Counted from the stretch's first letter, positions 16,471 through 28,880 are shown. The stretch: DNA of 64,000 nucleotides from Macrostomum lignano (GCA_002269645.1 NIVC01000712.1:248001-312000), one strand, 5' to 3'. Notes: generated from the sequence alone by a model not told the origin. Numbers and translations: made by a program.

Positions 16471-16783
16471 GTGTCGAGGACTCGTCCGAGAACCTGAAGA
16501 AATGGCGGAAGAGCTTACAGAAGGGTTAAACAACGGATTACCACTTCAACAAAGTCAGCAAAACTAATATTGATAATAGCGACTATTGTTTCCAATACAG
16601 GTCGAAAAAGACAATTCACTTCACACTAAATCTTTTGTCAGAAGCAAATTTGATGTACTTTTAAAGTACTCAAATTTAATTATAGAGACAAAAAAGCGCT
16701 AAGCTTACTCAAGAGACAAGCTGCCCAACAGAAAAAACTAATTTTATCTTTGTCAGGATGAATCAGAGCTTTCACACCTGGAT

Positions 16784-17141
16784 TTAGAAATCGTTCTGCA
16801 TCTTTGCGTCGCTATAATAGGCATTCAGATCGCGATTCAAAGCCGAGCCGGTGTTCTGCATATAGGCGTCCAGTTCTCTGTCCAGGGCCTCCTTGTTGGC
16901 TGCGGACCCGCCGCCTCCGCCACCACCGCCGCCACCGCGACTTCCACGACCGCCGCGACCGCGGCTGCGTCCACGCTGACCGCCGCCGCCTCCGCCGAAG
17001 CCGCGACCGCCGCGGCCGCCTCCGGCGCCGAAAGTTAATCGAGGATATCTCGGAGGGCCGCCGCCGCCTCCTCGACGTGGCCCGCCGCCGCCGCCAGCAG
17101 CGAAATTGGCGGCAACTGCGGACCGGTTCAGGCCGCCCAAC
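16784..17141 (-). CDS. CHTOP: Duplicated CHTOP terminal exon (possible alternative last exon)
   Basis: Intact acceptor (ctcccag|G), open frame, RGG tract and FoP-duplication motif KEALDRELDAYM...LNRDLNAYY. One amino-acid difference and two synonymous differences from the 18840-19197 copy. Confidence 0.6.
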
Positions 17142-17174
17142 CTGGGAGCCAAGTAGGTGAAAATCCACTGTTTG

Positions 17175-17467
17175 CCTTTGTTGGTTTGGGGCGATTCTCG
17201 TGTTGGTTTGGGGGCGATTCTCGTGTTGGTTTGGGGCGATTCTCGTGTTGGTTTGGGGCGATTCTCGTGTTGGTTTGGGGGCGATTCTCGTGTTGGTTTG
17301 GGGGCGATTCTCGTGTTGGTTTGGGGCGATTCTCGTGCTGGTTTGGGGGCGATTCTCGTGTTGGTTTGGGGGCGATTCTCGTGTTGGTTTGGGGGCGATT
17401 CTCGTGCTGGTTTGGAGGCGATTCTCGTGTTGGTCTGGAGGCGATTCTTGTATTAGTTTGGGGCGAT
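17175..17467. repeat. 23-bp minisatellite (GTGTTGGTTTGGGGGCGATTCTC), ~13 copies, at the duplication junction
   Basis: Tandem units visible. Confidence 0.95.
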
Positions 17468-18839
17468 GAGGGAGATTCGTAAGGATGAATGGGGGAGAAT
17501 CCTAGGAGGCAATAAGGAAGATTCCTAAGGATGAATGGATGAATGGATGAATGGAGCTCGCATAGCTCGGAGGGATAAAAAGGCATCGGGGTAGGTTCTT
17601 AAGAGTGAACTTAAGATGGATTGTGTGGAGTTTAGAAAGCCCAAAAATTAATGTTATAACAAAGAGGATGTAACGGGGGTTAAGGGCACCCTGAAAAAAA
17701 TAAGATAGAAAAATCCTACAGAATACTTTAGGGAGAGTAATTTAAATTGAGGAAGATGTAAAACAGGATATTAAAATACAATTTCTGTTTAATTTTTAAA
17801 CGCACCATTCAAAACAGCAGGCAGAATTGGTTTAAACAATGTGTTCTTTTTATTAAAATGTGTTTATTTGGCAGGCACAAGCAGAAACAGTAGGTACCAA
17901 AACTTGAGTACTGCACTATCTTGGAGGGACATTGAATAACGAACGGGTATTTCTTACACGGGACAAGTTGTTTTAAGTAAACCTGTTTTTGAAGTTAATG
18001 TACTGACCAAACTTGTCGCATTAGAAGCACAAACAGAGCAATGTTTATATCTCGTAGACAGAACACGCTGAGAATTAGTGGGAGTTGAGAGGAAAAGACG
18101 CGTGTCTAACAGTCAATCATTCAATACTTGCAGCAAAAATAAGAACCCAACCAGAAATGACAGAAGCAGTCACAGTGAGCATTAATTCAAGAGAGCAAAA
18201 ATGAATAGCAACTTACGTTAAACATTATTGAATATAAAAACTTGTTCTTGCTTCAAACGAACCAAAAGTGATAATTTTGAATCATTTTGACAAAATGACA
18301 CGAGTGGAATCGATGATATGGATGACAAGCCTGAAGGACCTGAAGGGAGGACGGCGGTACCAAAGACATTCCAGCTGAAGGACCTGAAGGGAGATGGTAC
18401 TGAGGACAGCTTAAAACTGAAGGACGGAAAGGAGGGCGGCGGTACTGAAGACAGTCCAATTGAAGGATCTGAAGGGAGGGCGGCGGTACTGAAGACAGTC
18501 CAACTGAAGGACCTGAAGGGAGGGCGGTGTCGAGGACTCGTCCGAGAACCTGAAGAAATGGCGGAAGAGCTTACAGAAGGGTTAAACAACGGATTACCAC
18601 TTCAACAAAGTCAGCAAAACTAATATTGATAATAGCGACTATTGTTTCCAATACAGGTCGAAAAAGACAATTCACTTCACACTAAATCTTTTGTCAGAAG
18701 CAAATTTGATGTACTTTTAAAGTACTCAAATTTAATTATAGAGACAAAAAAGCGCTAAGCTTACTCAAGAGACAAGCTGCCCAACAGAAAAAACTAATTT
18801 TATCTTTGTCAGGATGAATCAGAGCTTTCACACCTGGAT

Positions 18840-21570
18840 TTAGAAATCGTTCTGCATCTTTGCGTCGCTATAATAGGCATTCAGATCGCGATTCAAAGCC
18901 GAGCCGGTGTTCTGCATATAGGCGTCCAGTTCTCTGTCCAGGGCCTCCTTGTTGGCTGCGGACCCGCCGCCTCCGCCACCACCGCCGCCACCGCGACTTC
19001 CACGACCGCCGCGACCGCGGCTGCGTCCACGCTGACCGCCGCCGCCACCGCCGAAGCCGCGACCGCCGCGGCCGGCTCCGGCGCCGAAAGTCAATCGAGG
19101 ATATCTCGGAGGGCCGCCGCCGCCTCCTCGACGTGGCCCGCCGCCGCCGCCAGCAGCGAAATTGGCGGCAACTGCGGACCGGTTCAGGCCGCCCAACCTG
19201 GGAGCCAAGTAGGTGAAAATCCACTGTTTGCCTTTGTTGGTTTGGGGCGATTCTCGTGTTGGTTTGGGGCGATTCTCGTGTTGGTTTGGGGGCGATTCTC
19301 GTGTTGGTTTGGGGCGATTCTCGTGCTGGTTTGGGGCGATTCTCGTGTTGGTTTGGGGGCGATTCTCGTGTTGGTTTGGGGGCGATTCTCGTGCTGGTTT
19401 GGGGGCGATTCTCTTGTTGGTTTGGGGGCGATTCTCGTGTTGGTTTGGGGGCGATTCTCGTGTTGGTTTGGGGGCGATTCTCGTGTTGGTTTGGGGGCGA
19501 TTCTCGTGTTGGTTTGGGGGCGATTCTCTTGTTGGTTTGGGGGCGATTCTCGTGTTGGTTTGGGGGCGATTCTCGTGTTGGTTTGGGGGCGATTCTCGTG
19601 TTGGTTTGGGGGCGATTCTCTTGTTGGTTTGGGGGCGATTCTCGTGTTGGTTTGGGGGCGATTCTCGTGTTGGTTTGGGGGCGATTCTCGTGTTGGTTTG
19701 GGGGCGATTCTCTTGTTGGTTTGGGGGCGATTCTCGTGTTGTTTTGAGGGCGATTCTCGTGTTGGTTTGGGGGCGATTCTCGTGTTGGTTTGGGGGCGAT
19801 TCTCGTGTTGGTTTGGGGGCGATTCTCTTGTTGGTTTGGGGGCGATTCTCGTGTTGTTTTGAGGGCGATTCTCGTGTTGGTTTGGGGGCGATTCTCTTGT
19901 TGGTTTGGGGGCGATTCTCGTGTTGGTTTGGGGACGATTCTCTTGTTGGTTTGGGGGCGATTCTCGTGTTGGTTTGGGGGCGATTCTCGTGTTGGTTTGG
20001 GGGCGATTCTCGTGTTGGTTTGGGGGCGATTCTCGTGCCTTTTTGGGGGCGATTCTCGTGTTGGTTTGGGGACGATTCTCGTGTTGGTTTGGGGACGATT
20101 CTCGTGTTAGTTTAGGGCGATTCTCGTGTTGGTTTGGGGCGATTCTCGTGCTGGTTTGGGGGCGATTCTCGTGTTGGTTTGGGGGCGATTCTCTTGTTGG
20201 TTTGGGGGCGATTCTCGTGTTGGTTTGGGGGCGATTCTCTTGTTGGTTTGGGGGCGATTCTCGTGTTGGTTTGGGGGCGATTCTCGTGTTGGTTTGGGGG
20301 CGATTCTCGTGTTGGTTTGGGGGCGATTCTCGTGCCTTTTTGGGGGCGATTCTCGTGTTGGTTTGGGGACGATTCTCGTGTTGGTTTGGGGACGATTCTC
20401 GTGTTAGTTTAGGGCGATTCTCGTGTTGGTTTGGGGCGATTCTCGTGCTGGTTTGGGGGCGATTCTCTTGTTGGTTTGGGGGGGGGGATTCTCGTGTTAG
20501 TTTCAGGGCGATTCTCGGGCAGGTTTGGGCTGAATAATTACTAGACTTGTTTTATAATGACGTTTCATAAGACCAGAATTACCACACTGTTCTACTAGCA
20601 GTAGGACAGACCTAACTGGTAAATTGTATTAGCAATGATTAAATTCATAGACTGCTAACCTAGAAGTTATCCTTCCTCGTCCTCTGAAACCGCCCCGCTG
20701 CTGACCGTACGACACCGACTGGAAGCCGCCTCTGCCGCCGGCTCCGGCGCTGCGACGTTCAACTCGACCGTCCTGAACTCCGCGCAGGCGCTGGTCGTAC
20801 ATGAAGCCGTCGCCGCCTCCTCCGCCATTCAAACGGCGGGAGCCAGCGAAACCGGCGCGACCGAACGAAGTTGGTCCAGCTCGTTGCTGCTGGACCTGTT
20901 GCCGACCTTGACGGCTCTGCAGCTGCGTGAATCTGCATTGAATTGGAGAATATAAAATAATAACATGTACTCAACTCACCATGGTGGGGCAATGATAAAG
21001 TCAAGGACAAAAGAGTTTAATGAAGCTTCAAATTGGGCGATGGTGACTACTGAAGGTTCAGTTGGGGTAATGGTGACTACTGAAGGTTCAGATGGGGCGA
21101 TGGTGACTACTGAAGGTTCAGTTGGGGTAATGGTGACTACTGAAGGTTCAGGTGGGGTGATGGTGACTACTGAAGGTTCAGGTGGAGTGATGGCGCCTAC
21201 TGAAGGTTCAGGTGGAGTGATGGCATCTAGTGAAGGTTCAGGTGGGGTGATAGTGACTACTGAAGGTTCAGGTGGGTGGTGGCATCTACTGAAGGTTCAG
21301 GTGGGGTGATGGTGCTTGCTGAAGGTTCAGATGGGGTGATGGTGACTACTGAAGGTTCATGTGGGGTGATGGTGACTACTGAAGGTTCAGATGGGGTGAT
21401 GGTGACTACTGAAGGTTCATGTGGGGTGATGGTGACTACTGAAGGTTCAGGTGGAGTGATGGCAACTACTGAATGATCAAGCAAGGTGAATAAGAACAAG
21501 CATACCTATCATTTAGAGTCCTGCTTGTACCATCGCCTAGCTTAACTTTAACAGGCAGTCTACCAGCCAT
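18840..21570 (-). CDS. CHTOP: Chromatin target of PRMT1 (CHTOP/Fop) homologue, 231 aa, 3 exons
   Basis: Exons 21570-21506, 20932-20660 and 19197-18840, GT-AG and in phase (65+273+358 nt). N-terminus MAGRLPVKVKLGDGTSRTLNDRFTQL matches the CHTOP KVVL...SLNERFT box; central RG/RGG tract; C-terminal duplicated LDxELDAYM motif. Confidence 0.9.
19235..20520. repeat. 23-bp minisatellite (GTGTTGGTTTGGGGGCGATTCTC), ~55 copies, in CHTOP intron 2
   Basis: Tandem array; it explains the many repetitive plus-strand ORFs. Confidence 0.99.
21036..21473. repeat. 30-bp minisatellite (GGTGACTACTGAAGGTTCAGGTGGGGTGAT), ~14 copies, in CHTOP intron 1
   Basis: Tandem units visible. Confidence 0.95.
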
Positions 21571-23685
21571 TGTTTAGGTTGGGTGTGAGCTGCCCACTGG
21601 AAAAAGAGAATTATATTTTATCATAAGTAAAATAATACGTAGCAGACAAAAGCCTGATACAAGCCAAATAAATATTTATATAATTTTACACATTATGTAT
21701 ATAACATATGTTAAAAAATTAAGAGCAAGACAAGAACTTTTTAACTTGTAATATAATGTTCAATATATATATTTCTTAATGGCCAATGTTTTACTATCAT
21801 ACATTCTTATTGATTCTTATTTAATCATAAAAATCAAAATTTGTCATTTTTTAGATAAACTGAATTTTAAACTATTGTTTCACTTAATCTTAATAGCTAG
21901 TTCTTTAATATAAATCTTAACTCATTACTAGAAAATTTGGGATGGGATTTTTTATTTGCAATAGAGTAATATTATTTCAAAAATAATAGAGAAATTGTAG
22001 ATTTCTTGAATCTACCCTTCCAATCTAGTTATATCTTCTAGTGTTTAATGTTATATTCTGTTATTTTATACATTTTTTATTATACAAGTACAAACATTGA
22101 GAATCTAAGATACTATACCAGTTAGTTACATAGCATGTAACAACTATATGGCATGTTTCAATAGTATCAATATATTTTAGCAATGCCATTAAACACTTTG
22201 TTATGCAACTTGTGCTTCAAATACTATATTTCTTAACTATTAGATTAACCAAAAAATGACAATTACCATTCAAAATTTTATATAACAATCAATCTGTTAC
22301 CAAAATAGATAGGCAATATAAACATAGATAAGAGATATTAAACATTGCTTGATACAAGAGGTATCCAAAAAGTAGTGATACTTTTGCTTATATACTCAGA
22401 GCTTTACTACATACTTAAAAATCAACAACTTTAATATTGTTAAAAAGCAGAAAAATCTGCTTTAATGTGACAAAAAAATCATCCTTATACATTGTTTTAA
22501 AAATAGTTATTACTGTCTATTTGAGCTAAGGTGATCTATACACTTACAAAAAACTTTACAATCAACCTTGATAAATAAATTGCCATGCAACTTATTGCCT
22601 TGGCTCTGTAAATAGTAAATCTCCTATCCACTTTTTCCAATGGTCTATAATGCATAAATTGTATGTTGCTACCCTACCTTTGAATATGTACCTATAACTA
22701 TTGGTTGAGCTAGTCTTAAAAAAGTAAACACTTGTGCAACAAGAAGAAAAGCTGGCAATGCAAAGACTTTTTGGCACTCATTATTTGCACAGTAACAATG
22801 TAAATATTACTGTTGTTATTTACATGGTAACTAAAATAAATACTATAGTTTTATATACTCTATAGTGCTAGTGCTTAAAGTTATAAAATAGTCCAGTTAT
22901 ATTTGACTACAAATCTATCCTCTTGAAGGCAAATGAGTTGCATTCTCATTTTTTCCTTTGAAACACTCTTTGCATTACTAATAATAAAAGCTAATAAAAA
23001 TCCCATATACTAAAAATAAGTTTGTCAGTATTTATCTATGTGATCAATTAGAGAAAAAATGGCTCAACCAATTTTGTTCAAACTTTGCACCATTCAATCA
23101 AATTTTTTTGTGACAGTATATGCATTTTAACTAAGAAAGTGCTCAATGCTAAAGGGATTAAATATTTATAAAAAATGCTTTTTCAACTTGAAATATATTG
23201 TAAGAATGCTAAAGAAAAAATGATTGGTTTAATTCTAGGCTATAAACATATAAGTCATACCAAAACTTCATTTATTGCCTTTAGTTAGTTTAAAATCATT
23301 ATGAAAATAAAGATATAAGGACAAATATTGAGTAGTCCCTGATAAAAAATAATTATTAGGCCTATATTTATTTCAATTACTGTGTAAATAACCCTAGCAA
23401 TATTTACAAAATACTATGCAAATAATGATTGCCACGAATTTTACCATAGATAAAACAGCATAGCTTATATGCTTGTAAAATGTTACTTCACTTGTTTGAT
23501 TTATATTTAGTTATTTATTATAGCTCTAAAGCTTTATAAACCTATAACTTAAGGCATATTAAAAACTCAAAAAGGTTAATTATATAGTTTTTTGTAAATA
23601 TATAAACCACTCTACTTAAAGAAATAGGTATAAAAAACAAAATATACCTATCCTAAATTTTTATCTTCAAAGGCCTATCTATAAG

Positions 23686-24175
23686 GTAACTGGTCATTTT
23701 GCCCATAAACCATTTTGGCCATGGACCATTTTGCCTCCAATTAGCCTCTGACTGTTTTATACTTTATCATGGTTTTACACTTTGTGCTTTGATTCTAAAT
23801 TTTGGTAACAAATCTTATACTTTTAGTATTTCTGGCTTTATCTTGCTTGTAACCGAGAAACCCTTTCTCACCCTCTGATTATACAAATTGGCTTTAATTG
23901 TTGCACTTTTGAAAGGAATAACTTTAAAAAAACTTGTAATAATTCACAATTGTAATAAACAAAAATTGCAATAATGTAATAACACAATTGTTGTGTCAAC
24001 AATTCAGATCATATTTTATTACACATTAAAACTAAAAATTAGCATTGAAAAAAATAAAGATACATGTATGGCTATATCTCTAGTTAATACATAATCACCA
24101 TTTTGGCCAAAGCACCCATTGCCAAACTGGTTTATGGGCGAAATGGACTAGGGGCAAAATGGTCTGGGGGTGAAA
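23686..24175. mobile_element. MITE-like element with inverted subterminal repeats (Mutator-like)
   Basis: TCATTTTGCCCATAAACC at ~23690 is inverted relative to GGTTTATGGGCGAAATGG at ~24128, with repeated (G)GCAAAATGG motifs. No TSD found. Confidence 0.5.
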
Positions 24176-24196
24176 TGTCCATGGCTGAAACGAATA

Positions 24197-25186
24197 CAGG
24201 CCAGTTTGGTAACAGCAAAGACAGTTCAGTAACATATTCAAGACAGTTCAGTAACATTTTCCAAAGACAGTTTGGTAATGCCAGAAGACGACCATGTATG
24301 CATTGCTAAGTTTTTATAAAATAATGATGCATTTTATTTATTAATACATAGTTTTTTTACAATAATTATGATAGAGGTGCAATATATTTTGAGAGACACA
24401 TAGACAAACACTGTTATAATTCATGCAACCATAACAATGCAGAGTTAGTTTATTTCAGAAGTTGGTAACTTTTGTTTGGATTTTTGTGATACACGGAGCT
24501 TGTCTACATTGATTTGAAAACAAAAGCAATTTGCAGAACATTTATGAGATACTGTAGCTACACTAAAATACAATTATCACTTGTAAAGTATGTATAATAA
24601 TAAGAACAAAGTAAAAAAATATATTGAAGCAAATATGACTCATACATGTACATAAAAGTTACAGCTCATTCAAATACAAACAATTACACTGTAGCACAAT
24701 GTAAAAAATGTAAATATTCATGCATTGTTCACAGTTACGCAATGCTCATAAAAGCAATTGGTCACTTGGCAACTACATACTTGGCCGCAGCACTTAGCAA
24801 TTGAGCTGCCATTTTGGTGCCTGTCTGGTACTTGGACCAATAACGCATCAGCTTGGCCTCCTTGGTGCGCTGGGCAAGCCTCTGGTAGCGGCTAAGCTGC
24901 TCCTGAGACACCAGCTTAGCGTGAAGAGTGGCTACCCTCGCTTCATTGTAAAGGAGCGAGGCAAGCTTGTAGAAGCCCAGGTTGCCACTCCATGCCCTTT
25001 GGTTGAGGTGATGATGGTAGCCTTCAGGCCCATTGTTTGTTCTGATGTTGGCAAGTTGGCAAGTTGGCTCACTTGGGAAAGAACTTGGAAAAAATCCACG
25101 GGAAGTCAAATAGCACTTTAGTATGGCTAGCTACCATGATGCATTCTATGTATTGTTTATTCACCATCCTCTATCAGTCTCTCCTA

Positions 25187-25232
<46 letters not shown>

Positions 25233-26159
25233 GTCTCTCTTTTTCTATTCCATTAGCTTTGTCTAATCCCACTCTTTTGAATTTCTGCTTCAACCTCTGG
25301 GACAGTGAAGTTGAAAAAAGACAACAACAGCCTGGTATAAAATTCTATATCAAATCTACATTGATATTCATTTCATTTTCATAGATAATGGAAATATGAC
25401 CAAAAAGTGTTCAAGATCATAGAAATTCAATAGGGTGCACTTTTTAAAAATAAAATTATATATGCATTCACAAAAATACTTCAAATATTTCTTGCAATCA
25501 TGGTGCGCATGCCATATTGCGGAAGGTTTTCTGTGTACGCAGGACACATTTTTATTGAATTTTCAATTGTATGGCAACAGATTTTAAATGTACACCAACT
25601 TAAAAAATGGTAAAAAAATCAATGAATATTTTAATTTAAACTTAAACTACAAAAAATTGATAACAACATGACGATTGTTGTGATAATTCCAGCAATTAAA
25701 ATGATTGGTAAATGAGAAAATAGTAGCAGAAAAAATGGTTTTTGAAATAACTTAACACAGAAAAAGCACGAAAAAATTCTTTATATTAATTTCTACACCA
25801 GTTGCCATACACCACACTGTATGCCATACTGTACACAGCCATGAAATGTACGCTAGTGTATGCCACTGAAATCAAGTGTACGCTGGAATTTTCTGGCATA
25901 TATCCCACATCCACAAAATGGTGCACATGGCATTGGTGAGTTCAAAAATGTTGTTAGTTGCATTCAATATAACAAATTTAAACATGCGAATAATACCTGT
26001 TGATATATAAATTGATAGTATCTAATTGACTTATTGTAATTTATTTATGCTACTTACTCTCAATAAGCTTGTTACTGAATCGTCCACAACTTGTTACTAA
26101 ACTGTTCTTGGTGTTAACAAACTGTCTGTTATCAAACTGTCTGTTACCAAATTGTCCTG
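24197..26159 (-). mobile_element. Deleted Mutator-like (MULE) DNA transposon with a transposase C-terminal relic (24762-25109)
   Basis: Terminal IR CAGGCCAGTTTGGTAACAG / CTGTTACCAAATTGTCCTG (17/19), with inverted subterminal GACAGTTYRGTAAC repeats at both ends. The relic peptide has RTNNGPEGYHHHLN, the RTNNxxEGxH motif of invertebrate MULE transposases. Confidence 0.7.
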
Positions 26160-26295
26160 TCCTCGCTAAAATGGTTTGGGGGCAAAACAACCAAAATTCA
26201 TCTATAAAAGATAAAGACTAAAATATAGAATAGATTAGGTTAGATCTAGGATCTAAGATCTAATACTAATAGATCAGTAACTATTGAACTAATTA

Positions 26296-26771
26296 GTTAT
26301 AACCCATAGTCCGGATCATGGCAGGCGTACGCCGGAGTGAAAATTCGTGTCTTTTCAATTTTACGCCGACATAAAGTTCAAAAAACTTTTATGCCAAGTC
26401 AAAAGTTGTTTATACGCCAACTTTTTAAAGAATTTGTATTTTTTAAAACTTAAAAATAATTATTTACTTGAAAACGGCTGATTTTTTCCAAAAACTAATA
26501 TTCTTTGTTTTAAATTTGTTTTTCTTGTAAATTTCGTTAATATTTTCTGTTTTGTTAACCGTTTATGTTCAGAAGAGCTTTGGTTAATTGATATTTAATT
26601 ACACGATTGCATCAGCCCTGAACTTTTCTATTTCTTGTACGCCAGTTGTTTACACTTCATGTTGAACCTGAATATTCTATACGCCAAATGTACGCCAAGA
26701 TTGTCAGCGAGTGCAAAATTACGCCGGAAAATTCCGGCGTAAAGGCCACCTTCCGGACTATGGGTTATAAC
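26296..26771. mobile_element. MITE, ~476 bp, with a perfect 20-bp terminal inverted repeat
   Basis: GTTATAACCCATAGTCCGGA (26296-26315) and TCCGGACTATGGGTTATAAC (26752-26771); internal repeated TACGCC motif. Confidence 0.85.
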
Positions 26772-28496
26772 AAATGATAAATAATGATCATAGGCATAAA
26801 CATTCTAATTGATGCTATGCAATATGCTAATTAGCATTAATTTATATTTAATTACTAATTATTAACTTAAAAAAACAAGATTTTTCGATTTTAAGGATAT
26901 AGTTGTTTTTTAATTAGAATGCAAATCTTTTAATTAGATTTTACTAGGTAATTTTATTCAATAAAGATAAAAAACAAGCATTAAACCTTTGAAAGCAACA
27001 GCCTATTTATTTTGAAATTTGAGTTTATTATTATGTTATTGACAATTGTGCATGAATTACAATTTAATCTTAATATATATATAAGAAATAATATATATAA
27101 TATATATATATTTATCTAATAGGCTTTTCTTTTTTGGCCCATGAATTGCTACATATTTAATTGGTCTAGGTCCTATATTTTATAAATGTAGGGGGCCTGG
27201 GTCGCTGAAACTCAAAAAACTTTTAATTAGGATCCTAAATTTCCATTTTTCCTAGGACTAGGTCTAGCCGTCTAGGTCCCAATTGTCATATAGAAAATAG
27301 AAAGCACCATGAGTCTTCACTTTATTACTACTTACTTACTAGGCCTAATACAACGTTTAGAATTCTAGATAATTTTATTTATTAAATTTTAGTACCTTGG
27401 ATTATGTAGGCCTAGTATAAATGGATAAAATAAATTCTTTTTCAAAAACTGTTGAATTCTAAGAAATTGATCAACGCTGAAAGTTTGGATTTCATTTTCG
27501 GTTTCGCAAGTCTGCTGTGGTAATGGGGCTACCATGTTGTTTCTGACCCTTTTTGGGTGCCATATCGAAGTCCCTTTGCAAGTAATTTTTTATGTCTTAT
27601 TTCCATAAAAGGTCCAAACAGTGAAATTTTGTTATAACTTCCATCTCCATCAATACACCCGGATCCGAAGCTGCGGAAGCTTCAACTCAAACTGGGGCGG
27701 AGATCCGAAGGCGGAGAGGGAACTGAGCCTGCCCACTGAAGTCCTAGCTCAGGATAGTCTAGATGGATCGGGCAGGACAGGAGGGGAGGAAGTGGAGATG
27801 GAGGAGGGAGGCTAATGGGAAGACTCCCATCGAACCGCGGACCTCCACTACAACTACTGTATATGCTCGCGAGGCGGCAAGAGGCAACCGACAGTTTTCA
27901 TAACCAGGAAGGACGCACATATGGGTCTCCGCCAGGAGCGTCTCTACCTCTGCTAAACAGCGCGAGCTCCGGAAAGTTTGCAGTCAATCGAGAGCGAGCT
28001 TCCTTCCGTGGGCCTCGTAGTAGTGATGCTGACAACCTAAGGCCCCCGGACGGCACCGGCTTTACAGCTATCCTGGGAGCTCTGAGGCCCGCTGATGCGG
28101 CGTTATCCACACGAAAGCTTCGAATCAACGTCGTCTTTGGAAGCTTCGCATATCCGATCTACTGCACGTGCCCTCTCCCCGTGGCAGCTACGTCAGCTAG
28201 CGCGAGCAGGGAATTGGTGGGACTCAAAGCGGGTAGCAAGGCTGAGCAGGCGCGGCGGAGCCGTGCAGGGGGGGGGGGCAGGGTGGGCATGCAATTGATG
28301 AGGACGCACTTTTTTCCAAATTTCACGCTCGCACATGGGTTCCAACAAACTTGCTAGCCTACTAACAGCAGGCTATGGGCGTTTTTTTCCTCTTTTGTAT
28401 TTTTTCTAGAATTCATACTAGTAGGACTTCTGTAGCTATATTAATCTGCCATACTTGTAGTTATAATAACATAGGCGCGGTTTTTTGCTGCTTTTG

Positions 28497-28880
28497 GGTC
28501 ATAAATCATTGCGTCTGAGCTGGTCTGACAGCTACTATCTGCACCTCGCTCAATGCGGAGGCTGGCGCCAGATGGTCTGAGAGGATAAGGGCGGTGGCTT
28601 TTCTCTTATCATTTTGACAGGCCATCAAGATTTATGAGGTCAGGGCCTATTGTTCGTGTTCACTCAAGCGTGTGACAGCTTTGACAGCTATGTGTTTAAC
28701 CCCTAAAAGTAAGTTGGGATTAGCGATTAGCGGTTTCTCTTCATTATCCTCACTTTGTATTTAATAAGAGCTTTCTAATGTATATTTTTTCATTAATTTT
28801 TGTCATTTCTACGCGAAAGGTCATAAATCATTATGTAGCGATTTTGAGTGATTTATGACCACACCTGTCGTATTTTTATG
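28497..28880. promoter_or_regulatory. Candidate Hox/TALE (Pbx-Hox + Meis) cis-regulatory module
   Basis: TGATTTATGACC at 28497-28508 (rev), 28819-28830 (rev) and 28849-28860; variant AGATTTATGA at 28628. TGACAG at 28526, 28615, 28673 and 28682. Confidence 0.5.

Larger units (their letters stand above)
14790..19230. repeat. Tandem segmental duplication: copy A ~14790-17170, copy B ~17170-19230
   Basis: Colinear near-identical sequence, e.g. 16784-17152 vs 18840-19208 (offset 2056). The copies differ in VNTR copy number and scattered SNPs/indels. Confidence 0.95.

Noticed and set aside
19213-20537. Multiple Gly/Trp-rich plus-strand ORFs (also 17157-17482)
   Set aside because: Translation artefacts of the 23-bp intronic minisatellite.
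22592-22790. YNLCIIDHW (Walker-B-like) and CANNECQK fragments
   Set aside because: Short, AT-rich, no Walker A, and in different frames; chance similarity is likely.
27621-28357. GC-rich ORFs of 64-180 aa
   Set aside because: No recognisable domain on either strand; may be decayed retroelement sequence, but this cannot be supported.
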